Shown: positions 1-10,149 of the stretch, one piece after another
Layout of the letters: every line of letters begins with the position of its first letter
How positions within the stretch are numbered: position 1 is the stretch's first letter
Source of the DNA: a bacterium HR34
GTDB taxonomy: Bacteria > Patescibacteriota > Minisyncoccia > Minisyncoccales > HRBIN34
Direction of reading: 5' to 3'
Assembly: GCA_002923395.1 (NCBI GenBank)
Contig: BEIK01000003.1
Span: 2,337-66,336, forward strand
DNA: 64,000 bases
Position numbers and translations under genes: made by a program
The notes under the pieces: generated by a model
Told to the model about the DNA's origin: nothing
What the model saw: the letters and a program-made list of their open reading frames with translations, nothing else
Databases searched by the model: none

Positions 1-74
1 GTAATATAAAATTTGGTTTGTTCTTTGTCTTTATGGCGGTCTAAATAGTATTTATCTATTAGTTCTATAAGCAT
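1..74 (-). CDS. N-terminus of a gene running off the window, possibly a Cas4-like PD-(D/E)XK nuclease of CPR type
   Basis: ATG at 74; reads MLIELIDKYYLDRHKDKEQTKFYI(T) open to the window edge; resembles, from memory, the N-terminus of solitary Cas4-like proteins of Parcubacteria; only 24 codons are visible. Confidence 0.35.
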   Translation of the reverse strand, partial: MLIELIDKYYLDRHKDKEQTKFYI

Positions 75-269
75 TGTTTAGGTTTATTATTTTAATTTTA
101 TTATAAAATCACTAAAAGTCAAAAATCGGTTTTCTCAGCAAAAGTTATAAAAAGTTAGCGAGATTTAAATTAGAAATCGTTCTTTATGTATATATCACTT
201 GACAAATATTTTATAACTGATATTTTAAAATTAATTAAAGTTTATATAAAAATTTAAATAATCGAAAAT

Positions 270-2546
270 ATGACTAAAATAAAAAATATCTTTTTGTTTA
301 CTAGTTTATCAATAACCATCGCTTTGCTTTTCTTAGTTGACAAAGTTAGCGCAGTTCAGTCCTACTCTCCTTATTGTGGAGATGGCCTGGTAAATCAATC
401 GTGGGAACAGTGTGATGGTCAAAGCTACTGTACTAGTTTTTGTCAGTTCAATAGTCAATGTATAGCTGGAGTTTTTGCTAGAATAAACGTAATTAATGTT
501 GAAAATTGGAATGGTGGAGATATGACATCTGATATATTTTTGGGTAGCGCTTCTAATAGAATACCTCAAGGCAAATGGTTTCCTCTATATGTCAATGGTA
601 GCTATATTGATGATAGCGATATTGGTAACTACGAAGTAGTTCCTGGTTTGGCTGTCCAAAGGCAAGGTTCTAATAAAAAGTTAAGAGTTAGGTTGCATGG
701 AAGCCACACCGAAGCGAGTGGAACAAAAGAGCATATTCAAGGATATATAGAGTTTATTAACGCAAGTGTTTTGACGCAGGAATCCGATAATTCTGGCAAC
801 AATAAACTAGAAAATCCTTTTGATAACATAAAGGAAAAAGAACCAACGCAAGATGAAGTTTGGATCTCGGATAATAAATCTATGTTTTGGTTAACCGTCA
901 CTACTCAGGACGATAGTTTTTATACTAATTATGGTAATGTAAATATTTGCACAAATAAACCTAAATGTTCTGATTCTATAGATAACGACGGAGATGGTAA
1001 GAAAGATATACAAGATCCGGCGTGCCACACGGATGGCAATCCAAACAATACAAATAGTTATAATCCTGACATAGATTCAGAGAACGAAAAACCAGTAATA
1101 ACTTTATTGGGCAACAACCCAATAGAGATATTACAAGGAAGCAACTTTACTGATCCAGGAGCTACAGCAAACGATCCAGAAGATGGAGATATTACTTATA
1201 AAATAACTGTATCTGGTTTTGTTAATACAAGTGTTCCTGGTCAATATACACTAACTTACAATGTTGCTGATTCAAAAGGTTTAGCAGCAGACCCTGTCCA
1301 AAGAACAGTTATAGTTAAGCAAATTAGTAATCCAGTCAATCATAAGCCAACAATAACCCTTCTTGGAGCAAATCCAATTACCATTTTACAGGGAAATTCT
1401 TTCATTGATCCTGGCGCAACTGCTTATGATATAGAAGATGGAGATATTACTTATAAAATAACTGTATCTGGTTTTGTTAATACAAGTGTTCCTGGTCAAT
1501 ATACACTAACTTACAATGTTGCTGATTCAAAAGGTTTAGCAGCAGACCCTGTCCAAAGAACAGTTATAGTTAAGGAAAAACAATCACTTGAAATATTTAA
1601 TGAAAAAGTAGAAGAAACAGAGGAAAAAGGTAAGGTAAGAATAACATGGGAAACGAACCTTCCCTCGACAAGTAGGGTAGTTTATGACATTTTATCTCAT
1701 AGTCAACCCGAAGGAGGTTATTTGTATGGTTATAGATGGAGTAGCGCAAAAGATGAGAATCTTGTGTTAAGACATTCTGTTTTTATTTCTGGTTTGGTAG
1801 ATGGAGTAACATACTATTTCAGAGTCGTTTCGGGCAATGATTCTTTAAGAGAAAAGGTAGGGAAGGAACTTTCAATAAAACTTATTCCAGATAGACCCAA
1901 CGAATGTAATTATCTTTTGGAATACATCCAACTTGGCGCGAATAACAATCCCAAGGAGGTTTTGAAGTTAAAAGTTTTCTTGAATGTATTTGAAAAAGAA
2001 AATCTTCAACTAAACGGTATATATGACATTGCAGCATTTGAAGCTGTTAAAAGGTTCCAGGCTAAATACTTAAACGACATAATAACTCCATGGGGGCACG
2101 AAAGCCCAACTGGTTATGTTTATATACTTACAAAGAAGAAAATAAATGAAATATACTGCCAAAAAGCATTTCCCTTAACCCCTGCTCAAGAAAAAGAAAT
2201 TGAGGAGTTTAGAAGTTTTATTGAGGGATTGAGAAAAGCTAATGTTTTTGGCAAAAATGGTAATAACGAAGACAATTTGAGTGGTGCATCTCAAGAAGTT
2301 AACAATGTGCCACAGGAAATTGCTTCATCAACATCCGAAAAAACTGCCGTAGATGAAGGCGGTAGTAAAAATATGCAAGAAAATAAACAATTTGAGAAAG
2401 ACTCTAAAAATAAATCTCTTTTTGCTTCTTTAATAAATGTAATAGATGAACAATGGGGAGGATTAGGTAATGTTTTTCTGCTTTTTATAATTATACTTAT
2501 TGTTGTGGCCTTCATTTATTTCAGAAGAAATTCTGAGAATAGATAA
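270..2546 (+). CDS. Large surface protein: signal peptide, Cys-rich repeat, Ca-binding DxDxDG motif, two DUF5011/Ig-like domains, FN3-like domain, peptidoglycan-binding-like domain, C-terminal TM anchor
   Basis: CGDGLVNQSWEQCD; CSDSIDNDGDG..DPAC; two P.ITLLG.NP...F.DPGATA.D.EDGDIT...PGQYTLTYNVADSKG units; W.TN.PSTS.V.Y and LVDGVTYYFRV; T..AVKRFQ-like AFEAVKRFQ; hydrophobic C-terminus. Confidence 0.8.
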   Translation: MTKIKNIFLFTSLSITIALLFLVDKVSAVQSYSPYCGDGLVNQSWEQCDGQSYCTSFCQFNSQCIAGVFARINVINVENWNGGDMTSDIFLGSASNRIPQGKWFPLYVNGSYIDDSDIGNYEVVPGLAVQRQGSNKKLRVRLHGSHTEASGTKEHIQGYIEFINASVLTQESDNSGNNKLENPFDNIKEKEPTQDEVWISDNKSMFWLTVTTQDDSFYTNYGNVNICTNKPKCSDSIDNDGDGKKDIQDPACHTDGNPNNTNSYNPDIDSENEKPVITLLGNNPIEILQGSNFTDPGATANDPEDGDITYKITVSGFVNTSVPGQYTLTYNVADSKGLAADPVQRTVIVKQISNPVNHKPTITLLGANPITILQGNSFIDPGATAYDIEDGDITYKITVSGFVNTSVPGQYTLTYNVADSKGLAADPVQRTVIVKEKQSLEIFNEKVEETEEKGKVRITWETNLPSTSRVVYDILSHSQPEGGYLYGYRWSSAKDENLVLRHSVFISGLVDGVTYYFRVVSGNDSLREKVGKELSIKLIPDRPNECNYLLEYIQLGANNNPKEVLKLKVFLNVFEKENLQLNGIYDIAAFEAVKRFQAKYLNDIITPWGHESPTGYVYILTKKKINEIYCQKAFPLTPAQEKEIEEFRSFIEGLRKANVFGKNGNNEDNLSGASQEVNNVPQEIASSTSEKTAVDEGGSKNMQENKQFEKDSKNKSLFASLINVIDEQWGGLGNVFLLFIIILIVVAFIYFRRNSENR
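1178..1574 (+). repeat. Identical 142-bp direct repeat (1178-1319 and 1433-1574) within the tandem Ig-like domains
   Basis: AGAAGATGGAGATATTAC...AGTTATAGTTAAG is identical in both copies, offset 255 bp. Confidence 0.9.
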
Positions 2547-2547
2547 G

Positions 2548-3081
2548 TTATAACAAGTTTAGGTAATCAAAAGCTAAATATCCAACGCCAAAATTTCTTA
2601 TTTTTCCCTCTTTTAGCATTTTTCTAACCTCTTTTATATCTTTTAGGTACGTTTTAATGAATTCTCCATCGTCAAGTTTTAATTTGTTTCTGACCTTTTC
2701 GCAATCTGTCGCTATAAATAAGTGCGTTTTTATTCTGTCGTAACTGTCATCATAATATGAAAAAAGTTTTTTGAACTTTCCTGTATATCCTGTTTCTTCA
2801 AGTAACTCTCTTTTTGCTCCTTCTATTGGTTTTTCATTTTTTTCTATTATTCCCGAAGGAAATTCAAAAACAATTTTGCCAGGGCCTATTCGGTACTGTT
2901 TTTCAAGTATAATTTTTTTATCTTTTGTAAAAGCGACTATTGCAGCTATATCTCTATCTAAGGTTTTTATTTGAAAGGTTTTCGTTTTTCCATTTGGTAG
3001 TAAAAAGGTGTAGGCGTCGATTTTATTAAATCCGTCGAACAATCTTTCTTTTTTTAATAGTTTAAATTTTTCTATCTTCAT
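2548..3081 (-). CDS. NUDIX hydrolase (ADP-ribose pyrophosphatase-like)
   Basis: Nudix box GIIEKNEKPIEGAKRELLEETGY; KQYR and LDDGEFI motifs. Confidence 0.9.
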   Translation of the reverse strand: MKIEKFKLLKKERLFDGFNKIDAYTFLLPNGKTKTFQIKTLDRDIAAIVAFTKDKKIILEKQYRIGPGKIVFEFPSGIIEKNEKPIEGAKRELLEETGYTGKFKKLFSYYDDSYDRIKTHLFIATDCEKVRNKLKLDDGEFIKTYLKDIKEVRKMLKEGKIRNFGVGYLAFDYLNLL

Positions 3082-3144
3082 TTTTGAAAATTCTTTTTAA
3101 AGTTATATAATTAATTTATCATTAAAATCACCTAAGTTCAATTT

Positions 3145-4926
3145 ATGAATTCAAGCGAATTGCGAAAAAAGTTTTTGGATTATTTTGAAAAAAACGGCCA
3201 CACCGTAGTTCCGTCATCATCTTTAATACCCAAAGATTCTTCTTTGCTTTTTACTACAGCTGGAATGCAGCAATTTAAAGAATATTACCTTGGCAAACCC
3301 TCTCCTTTTGGTGAAAATGTTTGTTCGGTTCAAAAATGCATAAGAACAACAGACATAGATGAAGTTGGTGATAATACTCATTTAACATTTTTTGAGATGT
3401 TGGGAAATTTTAGTTTTGGCGGTTACTTTAAAGAAGAGGCAATAAAATACGCTCACGATTTTGCGTTAAATGAAATCTCTTTACCAAAAGAAAGAGTTTA
3501 CATTACTTATTTTAAAGGAGACGATGAAATTCCAGAAGATGTGGATTCAAAAAAAATATGGCAAGAGTTGGGTATAGCAGAAGAAAATATCTTTGGTTTT
3601 GGAAGAGATGATAATTTTTGGGGTCCAACAGGAGATGAAGGACCTTGCGGCCCTACAACAGAAATACATTACGATTTAACAGGAATGCCTTGTGGTGAAA
3701 ATTGTGCTCCTAATTGTGACTGTGGAAGGTTCGTAGAAATATGGAATATTGTTTTTAATGAATTTTACAAAAACAAAGAAGGTAAATTTTTAAAACTTGA
3801 AAGAAGCGGAATTGATACAGGTATGGGTTTTGAAAGATTGCTAACTATTTTGCAAAACAAAAACTCTGTTTATGAAACAGATGTTTTCTTGCCAATTATA
3901 GAGAAATTAGAAGATATATCGAACTTAAAATATAATGATTTTATTAAAGAATTTAGAATTATATCAGATCATATTAAGGCAAGTTGTTTTATAATAGCAG
4001 ATGGAGTTTTACCATCTAATGTTGATAGGGGTTATGTTTTAAGAAGGTTAATAAGAAGGAGCATTAGGTTTGCAAGAAATTTGAAGTTAGAAAAAAACTT
4101 TTTTGTGCCTATTTGTGAAGTTATAAAGAATATTTATGAGAAAGTTTATCCTGAAATAGGTAGAAATTTTAACGATATTTTAACTGTTTTGGAAAAAGAA
4201 AGCTATAAATTTAATAAAACATTAGAAAAAGGTTTAAAAGAATTTGAAAAACTTATCCTAAAAGGAGAATTTACAGGAAAACACACTTTTTATTTATATG
4301 AAACATTTGGTTTTCCTTTTGAATTGACAAGAGAGTTGCTGAAAGAAAAGAACATTAATATTAGCGACGAGGAATTTAAAAAAGAATTTGAAAAACATAA
4401 AGAAATTTCAAGGGCAGGTGCTGAGAAAAAGTTTGGAGGGCATGGTTTAAAACTTGGTTCTCCTGAGATAAGAGTAAAAGACGAATCTGAAATTCAAAAA
4501 GTTACGAGATTGCACACAGCAACTCATTTATTGCACGCCGCCTTGAGAAAAATTCTAGGAGAAAAAGTAAGACAGATGGGTTCTGATATAACAGCCGAAA
4601 GATTGAGATTTGATTTTTCTTTTGATAGAAAACTAACACCAGAAGAAATAAAAAAAGTAGAAGATTTGGTTAATCAAAAAATAAAAGAGGGAATTGATGT
4701 TATAAGAGAAGAAATGCCCTATGAAAAAGCAATAAAGCAAGGAGCGTTAGCTTTCTTTAAAGAGAAATATCCCGATATTGTTAGCGTTTATTCTATTGGT
4801 GACTTTTCGAAAGAATTATGCGGCGGTCCCCATGTAAAGAATACAAAAGAAGTTGGAAAGTTTAAAATAATTAAGCAGGAATCAATAGGTGCCAACATTA
4901 AAAGAATTAAGGCAGTGGTAGAATAA
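3145..4926 (+). CDS. alaS: Alanine--tRNA ligase (short form without C-Ala domain)
   Basis: LLFTTAGMQQFK, HLTFFEMLGNFSFG, DTGMGFERL, HTATHLLH, ELCGGPHV. Confidence 0.97.
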   Translation: MNSSELRKKFLDYFEKNGHTVVPSSSLIPKDSSLLFTTAGMQQFKEYYLGKPSPFGENVCSVQKCIRTTDIDEVGDNTHLTFFEMLGNFSFGGYFKEEAIKYAHDFALNEISLPKERVYITYFKGDDEIPEDVDSKKIWQELGIAEENIFGFGRDDNFWGPTGDEGPCGPTTEIHYDLTGMPCGENCAPNCDCGRFVEIWNIVFNEFYKNKEGKFLKLERSGIDTGMGFERLLTILQNKNSVYETDVFLPIIEKLEDISNLKYNDFIKEFRIISDHIKASCFIIADGVLPSNVDRGYVLRRLIRRSIRFARNLKLEKNFFVPICEVIKNIYEKVYPEIGRNFNDILTVLEKESYKFNKTLEKGLKEFEKLILKGEFTGKHTFYLYETFGFPFELTRELLKEKNINISDEEFKKEFEKHKEISRAGAEKKFGGHGLKLGSPEIRVKDESEIQKVTRLHTATHLLHAALRKILGEKVRQMGSDITAERLRFDFSFDRKLTPEEIKKVEDLVNQKIKEGIDVIREEMPYEKAIKQGALAFFKEKYPDIVSVYSIGDFSKELCGGPHVKNTKEVGKFKIIKQESIGANIKRIKAVVE

Positions 4927-4927
4927 A

Positions 4928-6049
4928 ATGAGTTTTATAAACCTATTTTCAGGCTCAAAAAAATATTTGGTTTTTGATGTGGGGACAGAGTCCATAAAAG
5001 CTGGTCTTTTTTTGAAAAGCAAGAATGGTTTAAAGTTAAGTAATGTTTTTAATTATGATTTTAAGAATTCTATTTTACTTGAAGGTATTTCTTCTAGCGT
5101 TTATTTTGATGGCATTAAAAAAGCAATGTCTGACTTTTTTAACATAATGAAAAAAAATAAAATAAAAAGCGATGGCTTTTATACAACGGTGCCGGCTTTC
5201 TTTTCAAAATACTTTATTGTTGATGTTAACATAAACAGAAAAGATAAAAATAAACCGATAAACAAATTAGAAGAGCAAAAAATTAAAAAAACCATATTTA
5301 ATTTAAGTTATGAAAACGTTTTGAAAAATTATGGATTTCCTAACGAACAATATATTTTAAGTAATTATGATATTCTTTCCTATAAAATTTTAGGGTATAG
5401 GGTTAAAGATATTTTTAACAAAATAGGCGACAAAATATCAGCTAAAGTTGTTATGTTTTTTATTGATAAAAAATTTGAAGATATCTTCAAAGAGGTGGGA
5501 AAAACTTATAAAGTGAGTTTTGTGAACGAAGTAAATCCAATTAAAGGTATAATAAATATCAGCGACAGAAAATCTGTATTTTTAGACGTTGGTGGTTTAA
5601 CAACAGAATGCTTTTATTTTGGCGATTTTGGTTTTGAGGAAGTAGGTGTTTTTAACTTTGGCGGATATTTTCTAACAAAAGAACTTTCTCAAAAATTGGG
5701 AATTTCGTACGGTTCTGCAAAAGATTTAAAAGAAAAATACATTCTTGGAAAGGTTTCTTCAAAGGTAAGAGAAAGGATAAATAGCCATTTTGGGTCAATT
5801 GTAGATATATGGGTAGCCGAACTTAAAGATTATTTTGAGGAGAAAAATATAGTTTATTTCGATAATATATTTTTATATGGAGGAACAGCCTTGGTTGAAC
5901 TTTTTTCTGATAAAATTGAAAATAAATTTGGTATAAAGCCGAAATTTTTACATCCTGAAAATGTAAAAGGAGTTGTGGTAGAGGGCGATTTGGAAATAAA
6001 AACAGATCTTCGATATACTAATTTATTATTAGTTTCTCACTCTATATAA
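4928..6049 (+). CDS. Divergent FtsA-like actin-fold ATPase
   Basis: FDVGTESIK, LDVGGLTT, FGG..LTK.L...L.IS...A..LK, LYGGTA actin-superfamily motifs. Confidence 0.7.
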   Translation: MSFINLFSGSKKYLVFDVGTESIKAGLFLKSKNGLKLSNVFNYDFKNSILLEGISSSVYFDGIKKAMSDFFNIMKKNKIKSDGFYTTVPAFFSKYFIVDVNINRKDKNKPINKLEEQKIKKTIFNLSYENVLKNYGFPNEQYILSNYDILSYKILGYRVKDIFNKIGDKISAKVVMFFIDKKFEDIFKEVGKTYKVSFVNEVNPIKGIINISDRKSVFLDVGGLTTECFYFGDFGFEEVGVFNFGGYFLTKELSQKLGISYGSAKDLKEKYILGKVSSKVRERINSHFGSIVDIWVAELKDYFEEKNIVYFDNIFLYGGTALVELFSDKIENKFGIKPKFLHPENVKGVVVEGDLEIKTDLRYTNLLLVSHSI

Positions 6050-6050
6050 A

Positions 6051-7265
6051 ATGGTTAAAAAAATATCCGATATAGTAATTCAAAAAAAAGAAAAAAGAAT
6101 AGAAAAGCCGAAATTAGTTGTTAATAAATTCTTTATACTTTTTATTTGTTTGGTATTTCTGGGATTGGCATTTTATTTTGTTTATGGTTACACAAATAAC
6201 TCTCTAAAAATTATAATCTTTCCGAAAAACGAAATAGTTAAAGAAACATTTATTTTTAAAGCAGACCCGTCTGTAAAAGAAGCAAACATAAAAAATAGTG
6301 TTGTGCCAGGTTATGTTATGACAACTCAACTTTATGCCTCTGACACTTTTGAAAGCACGGGCGAGAAAAAAATAGAAGAAAAAGCAAGAGGTAAAATAGT
6401 TGTATATAATAATTATTCATCATCGCCTCAAACTTTTGTAAAGGGAACAAGATTTTTATCTGCCAGTGGAAAACTTTTTAGATCAACAGAGCAAGTAGTT
6501 GTGCCGGGTAAAAAAGGTAATACTCCGGGGCAGGTTGAAGTAGAAGTTGTTGCTGACAAACCAGGCCCTGATTACAATATAGAACCAACAACATTTTCAA
6601 TTCCGGCATTTGTTGGTACTAACATGTATACATTCTTTTATGCTAAATCTTTTGAAAAATTTAAAGGCGGAGAAATAAAAGTTGTAAAATCTATATCAGA
6701 AGACGACATCCAGAAAGCGAAAAGCCAGTTACAAGAAAGATTAAAAAATACCATTAAAAACAACTTCGACAAAAAAGCTGAAAGTTTGGGGTATTTGGTT
6801 TTTTATGAATCTTTAGATGTAAAATTTGAAGATATAAATAATGGTGTAAAAGAAGGTCAGCAGGTTGAAAAATTTTTATGGGAAATAAAGGCTGATGCAA
6901 AAGTTTTGGCAATAAACAAAAAAGATTTAGAAAAGTTGGCAAACAATATACTTCAAGAAAAGATTTTGAAAGAAAATAAAAACAAAATATATAAAGGAGA
7001 TGTAAATATTAAACTATTGTCTGGCGATGTTAATTTCAAAGATTATTATGCTGTTGTAAAGTCAGAAGCGTCATTTAAATTTTACGATGACATTAACACT
7101 GATGAGATTAAAGAGAAGTTGATTTCTTTGGATAAAGGAGGTATAATTACTTTATTGAATTCTTACAATGGGATTAAGGATTATAACATAGTTTTTGAAC
7201 CTTTCTTTGTTCAAATTGCGCCAAAAGACAAAGAAAGGATAAACATAGTATTAAAATTTGACTAA
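6051..7265 (+). CDS. Membrane-anchored protein with baseplate J/gp47-like domain
   Basis: N-terminal TM; A.GKI.VYN...Q.FV.GTRF...G..F...V.VP...V.V.ADKPG..YNI...GG pattern. Confidence 0.6.
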   Translation: MVKKISDIVIQKKEKRIEKPKLVVNKFFILFICLVFLGLAFYFVYGYTNNSLKIIIFPKNEIVKETFIFKADPSVKEANIKNSVVPGYVMTTQLYASDTFESTGEKKIEEKARGKIVVYNNYSSSPQTFVKGTRFLSASGKLFRSTEQVVVPGKKGNTPGQVEVEVVADKPGPDYNIEPTTFSIPAFVGTNMYTFFYAKSFEKFKGGEIKVVKSISEDDIQKAKSQLQERLKNTIKNNFDKKAESLGYLVFYESLDVKFEDINNGVKEGQQVEKFLWEIKADAKVLAINKKDLEKLANNILQEKILKENKNKIYKGDVNIKLLSGDVNFKDYYAVVKSEASFKFYDDINTDEIKEKLISLDKGGIITLLNSYNGIKDYNIVFEPFFVQIAPKDKERINIVLKFD

Positions 7266-7317
7266 TTTTTTTGTTTTTGTTATGATTTTTAAAATTAACT
7301 TAAAAATATAAAATATA

Positions 7318-7533
7318 ATGCCCTTGAAGGTTCAAGGTAAAGTTATTGAAGCTTTAGCCGATTCTACTTTTAGAGTTTTGTTAGAAGAGAATAATTCTGA
7401 AATTTTGGCTTACGTTGCAGGTAGATTAAGGATGAACAAAATCAAGATATTACCCGGAGATACAGTTGTAGTTGAAATTAATTCACTTTCTGACAAAAGA
7501 GGTAGAATAGTTTACAGGGGTAGAATGAAATAA
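7318..7533 (+). CDS. infA: Translation initiation factor IF-1
   Basis: G.V.EAL...[27 protein letters not shown]...RGRIVYR. Confidence 0.95.
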   Translation: MPLKVQGKVIEALADSTFRVLLEENNSEILAYVAGRLRMNKIKILPGDTVVVEINSLSDKRGRIVYRGRMK

Positions 7534-7543
7534 AAACAAAATT

Positions 7544-7657
7544 ATGAAAGTGGCCCCATCAGTAAAAAAAAGATGCAAGGATTGTAAGGTTGTAAGAAGA
7601 AAAAGGAGAGTTTATATTATTTGTAAAAATCCAAAACATAAACAAAAACAAGGATAA
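7544..7657 (+). CDS. rpmJ: 50S ribosomal protein L36 (missing from ORF track)
   Basis: Manual translation [37 protein letters not shown]; lies between infA and rpsM. Confidence 0.95.
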   Translation: MKVAPSVKKRCKDCKVVRRKRRVYIICKNPKHKQKQG

Positions 7658-7670
7658 TTAATTTTATTTT

Positions 7671-8060
7671 ATGGTAAGAATTTTAGGTGTAGAATTAGAT
7701 GACAAAAAACAAATATGGATAGCTTTAACTAAAATTTACGGGATAGGAAAATCCAGAAGTTTGGAAATTTTAAAAAAAGCAAATGTCGAACCTTTTTTAA
7801 AAACATCACAATTGACACCAGAACAATTAAATAAAATTAAAGAGATAATAGAGAAAAATTACAAAATTGAAGGTGAACTAAAGAGAGAAGTTTTAATGAA
7901 TATAAGAAGGTTAAAAGAAATAGGTTGTTGGAGAGGATTAAGGCATATTAAAGGTTTACCAGTGAGAGGACAAAGGACAAGAACAAATAATAGAACAGTA
8001 AGAGGTAATAAAAGAAGGACAGTTGGGTCTGGAAGAAAACCACCACCATCACCAACATAA
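7671..8060 (+). CDS. rpsM: 30S ribosomal protein S13
   Basis: ALTKIYGIG, RGLRHIKGLPVRGQRTRTN. Confidence 0.97.
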   Translation: MVRILGVELDDKKQIWIALTKIYGIGKSRSLEILKKANVEPFLKTSQLTPEQLNKIKEIIEKNYKIEGELKREVLMNIRRLKEIGCWRGLRHIKGLPVRGQRTRTNNRTVRGNKRRTVGSGRKPPPSPT

Positions 8061-8111
8061 TATTTTATTTATTATTTTTAATAGTTTAAATAGTTAAAAT
8101 TAATTAAAGCT

Positions 8112-8561
8112 GTGGGTAAAAAGCGAGTTATACAACAAACAGAGGAAGAGTTAATTCAAGAAACAACTGAAATAGAGCAAAAACTTCAGGGTGATGTTAA
8201 AGTTGCAAAATCAGGTTTAAGAGAAGGTAGGATTTATATTAAATCAACATATAATAACACGATAATGACTCTAACTGATGACAAAGGAAATACTATTGCT
8301 TGGGTATCCGCAGGAAAGATTGGTTTTAAGGGTACAAAAAAAGGAACTCCTTTTGCTGCTTCCAAAGTTGCAGAAGCATTGTCTGCTGCAATTGAAAAGG
8401 TAAAGGTATCAAAAGTTATGATATATGTTCAAGGTGTTGGTACAGGAAGAGACACTGCTTTGAGAACTTTAGCAGCTAAAAATATAGATATAATAGGCAT
8501 AAAAGATATAACACCAATAAGGCATGGTGGATGCAGGCCGCCAAAAGTAAGAAGAGTATAA
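8112..8561 (+). CDS. rpsK: 30S ribosomal protein S11
   Basis: STYNNTI, GFKGTKKGTPFAA, DITPIRHGGCRPPKVRRV. Confidence 0.97.
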   Translation: MGKKRVIQQTEEELIQETTEIEQKLQGDVKVAKSGLREGRIYIKSTYNNTIMTLTDDKGNTIAWVSAGKIGFKGTKKGTPFAASKVAEALSAAIEKVKVSKVMIYVQGVGTGRDTALRTLAAKNIDIIGIKDITPIRHGGCRPPKVRRV

Positions 8562-8576
8562 TTTATAATATTTTTT

Positions 8577-9188
8577 ATGAAGGTAAAAACAAAAACAAAA
8601 ATAATAAGAAGGTTAGGAACGGTTTTGTGGCCAAGGTATTCTAAATATTTTTTAAGAAGACCTTATCCACCTGGCCAAAAACCAAAAAGAAAAAAAACAG
8701 GATTTTCGGAATTTGGAAGACAACTTCAAGAAAAACAGAAGGTGAGATATTTATATTATGTTTCAGATAATTATTTAAGAAATCTAGTTAAAAGTATTAC
8801 AAAGAAAACATTAAAAGAAGATCCATCTCAGATTTTATTGAAAAATTTAGAAATGCGCCTTGACAATGCCGTGTTAAAATCTGGTTTTGCCAATTCCATC
8901 TTTCAGGCAGCGCAATTTGTAAGCCACCGTCATATTAAAGTAAATGGAAAAAAACTAAATATAAGATCTTACAGAGTAAAAGTAGGGGATGTGATTTCTT
9001 TTTCTGATAAATTCAAAAAATCAAAAATATTTCAGGAAATTGCCAAGAGCATTGAAAAATATAACGCTCCAAATTGGATTGAGGTGGACAAAAAGAATTT
9101 TACAGCAAAAATTTTAAGAGAACCAACATTAGAAGATGTAAAATTGCCAGTAGAGCTTTCAGCGGTGTTTGAATTTTATTCTAAATAA
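8577..9188 (+). CDS. rpsD: 30S ribosomal protein S4
   Basis: PYPPGQ, QLQEKQK, LEMRLDN, Q.VSH.HI.VNG, EFYSK. Confidence 0.96.
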   Translation: MKVKTKTKIIRRLGTVLWPRYSKYFLRRPYPPGQKPKRKKTGFSEFGRQLQEKQKVRYLYYVSDNYLRNLVKSITKKTLKEDPSQILLKNLEMRLDNAVLKSGFANSIFQAAQFVSHRHIKVNGKKLNIRSYRVKVGDVISFSDKFKKSKIFQEIAKSIEKYNAPNWIEVDKKNFTAKILREPTLEDVKLPVELSAVFEFYSK

Positions 9189-9212
9189 TAATTAACAATT
9201 AAAGGTTAAAAT

Positions 9213-10145
9213 ATGCTTCCATTACCGTCAGAACCAAAATTAATAAAGCAAGAAGGTAACAAAGCAGTTTTTGAAATTGAGGGGTTATATCCTGGATATG
9301 GAATAACTCTAGGTAATTCTTTAAGAAGAGTTTTACTATCTTCTTTGGTTGGCTCTTCTATAACGCAGGTTAAAATAGAAGGGGTGGCGCACGAATTTTC
9401 TACAATACCGGGTGTTTATGAAGATGTTGTAAATATAATATTAAATCTTAAGCAATTGAGGTTTAAGCTTCACGGCGACGAGCCTCAAAAAGCATACTTA
9501 AAAGTAAAAGGCGAGAAAGAAGTTAAAGGAGGAGATTTTGAATGTCCATCACAGTTAGAAGTTATTAACAAAGATCATCACATAGCAACTTTAACGTCAA
9601 AATCGGCATCTTTGAATTTAGAAGTTTTGGTTGAAAAAGGAATAGGTTATCAGCCTGTTGAGTTGAGGAAAAAAGAAAAAAAAGAAATCGGTGTTATTTA
9701 TGTAGACGCTATATTTACCCCTGTTAGAAAAGTTGCCTATAAAATAGAAAATATGAGGGTTGGCGAAAGGACAGATTTCGACAGATTATTTATAGAAATT
9801 GAAACGGATGGTTCTATAACTCCACAAGAAGCTTTAGCCCAAGCATGTTCTATATTAATAGATCACTTTGATTTAATAAAAAGAGAATTCGAGAGTAAAG
9901 AGGAGGAAAACAAAACAAAAGAGGAAAAAACAGAAGCAGAAGAAGATATTTTGCGAATTCCAATTGAGGAACTCAATTTATCAACAAGAACAATAAACGC
10001 TTTAACCAGCAATAGAATTAGAACTTTGGGAGGTTTGATTAGGAAAGACAAGGAGTCTTTAATGGCAATAGAAGGGATAGGAGAAAAAGCAATAGAAGAA
10101 ATAAATAAGGCAATTAAAAAATACGGTTTAAAGATAAAAGAATAA
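9213..10145 (+). CDS. rpoA: RNA polymerase subunit alpha
   Basis: GYGITLGNSLRRVLLSSL, HEFSTIPGV.EDV, alpha-CTD IEELNLSTR. Confidence 0.98.
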   Translation: MLPLPSEPKLIKQEGNKAVFEIEGLYPGYGITLGNSLRRVLLSSLVGSSITQVKIEGVAHEFSTIPGVYEDVVNIILNLKQLRFKLHGDEPQKAYLKVKGEKEVKGGDFECPSQLEVINKDHHIATLTSKSASLNLEVLVEKGIGYQPVELRKKEKKEIGVIYVDAIFTPVRKVAYKIENMRVGERTDFDRLFIEIETDGSITPQEALAQACSILIDHFDLIKREFESKEEENKTKEEKTEAEEDILRIPIEELNLSTRTINALTSNRIRTLGGLIRKDKESLMAIEGIGEKAIEEINKAIKKYGLKIKE

Positions 10146-10149
10146 ACTT

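Noticed and set aside
1178..1574. 142-bp repeat as a DGR template/variable pair
   Set aside because: The copies are identical with no adenine-specific differences, both are in frame in one gene, and no reverse transcriptase is in the window.
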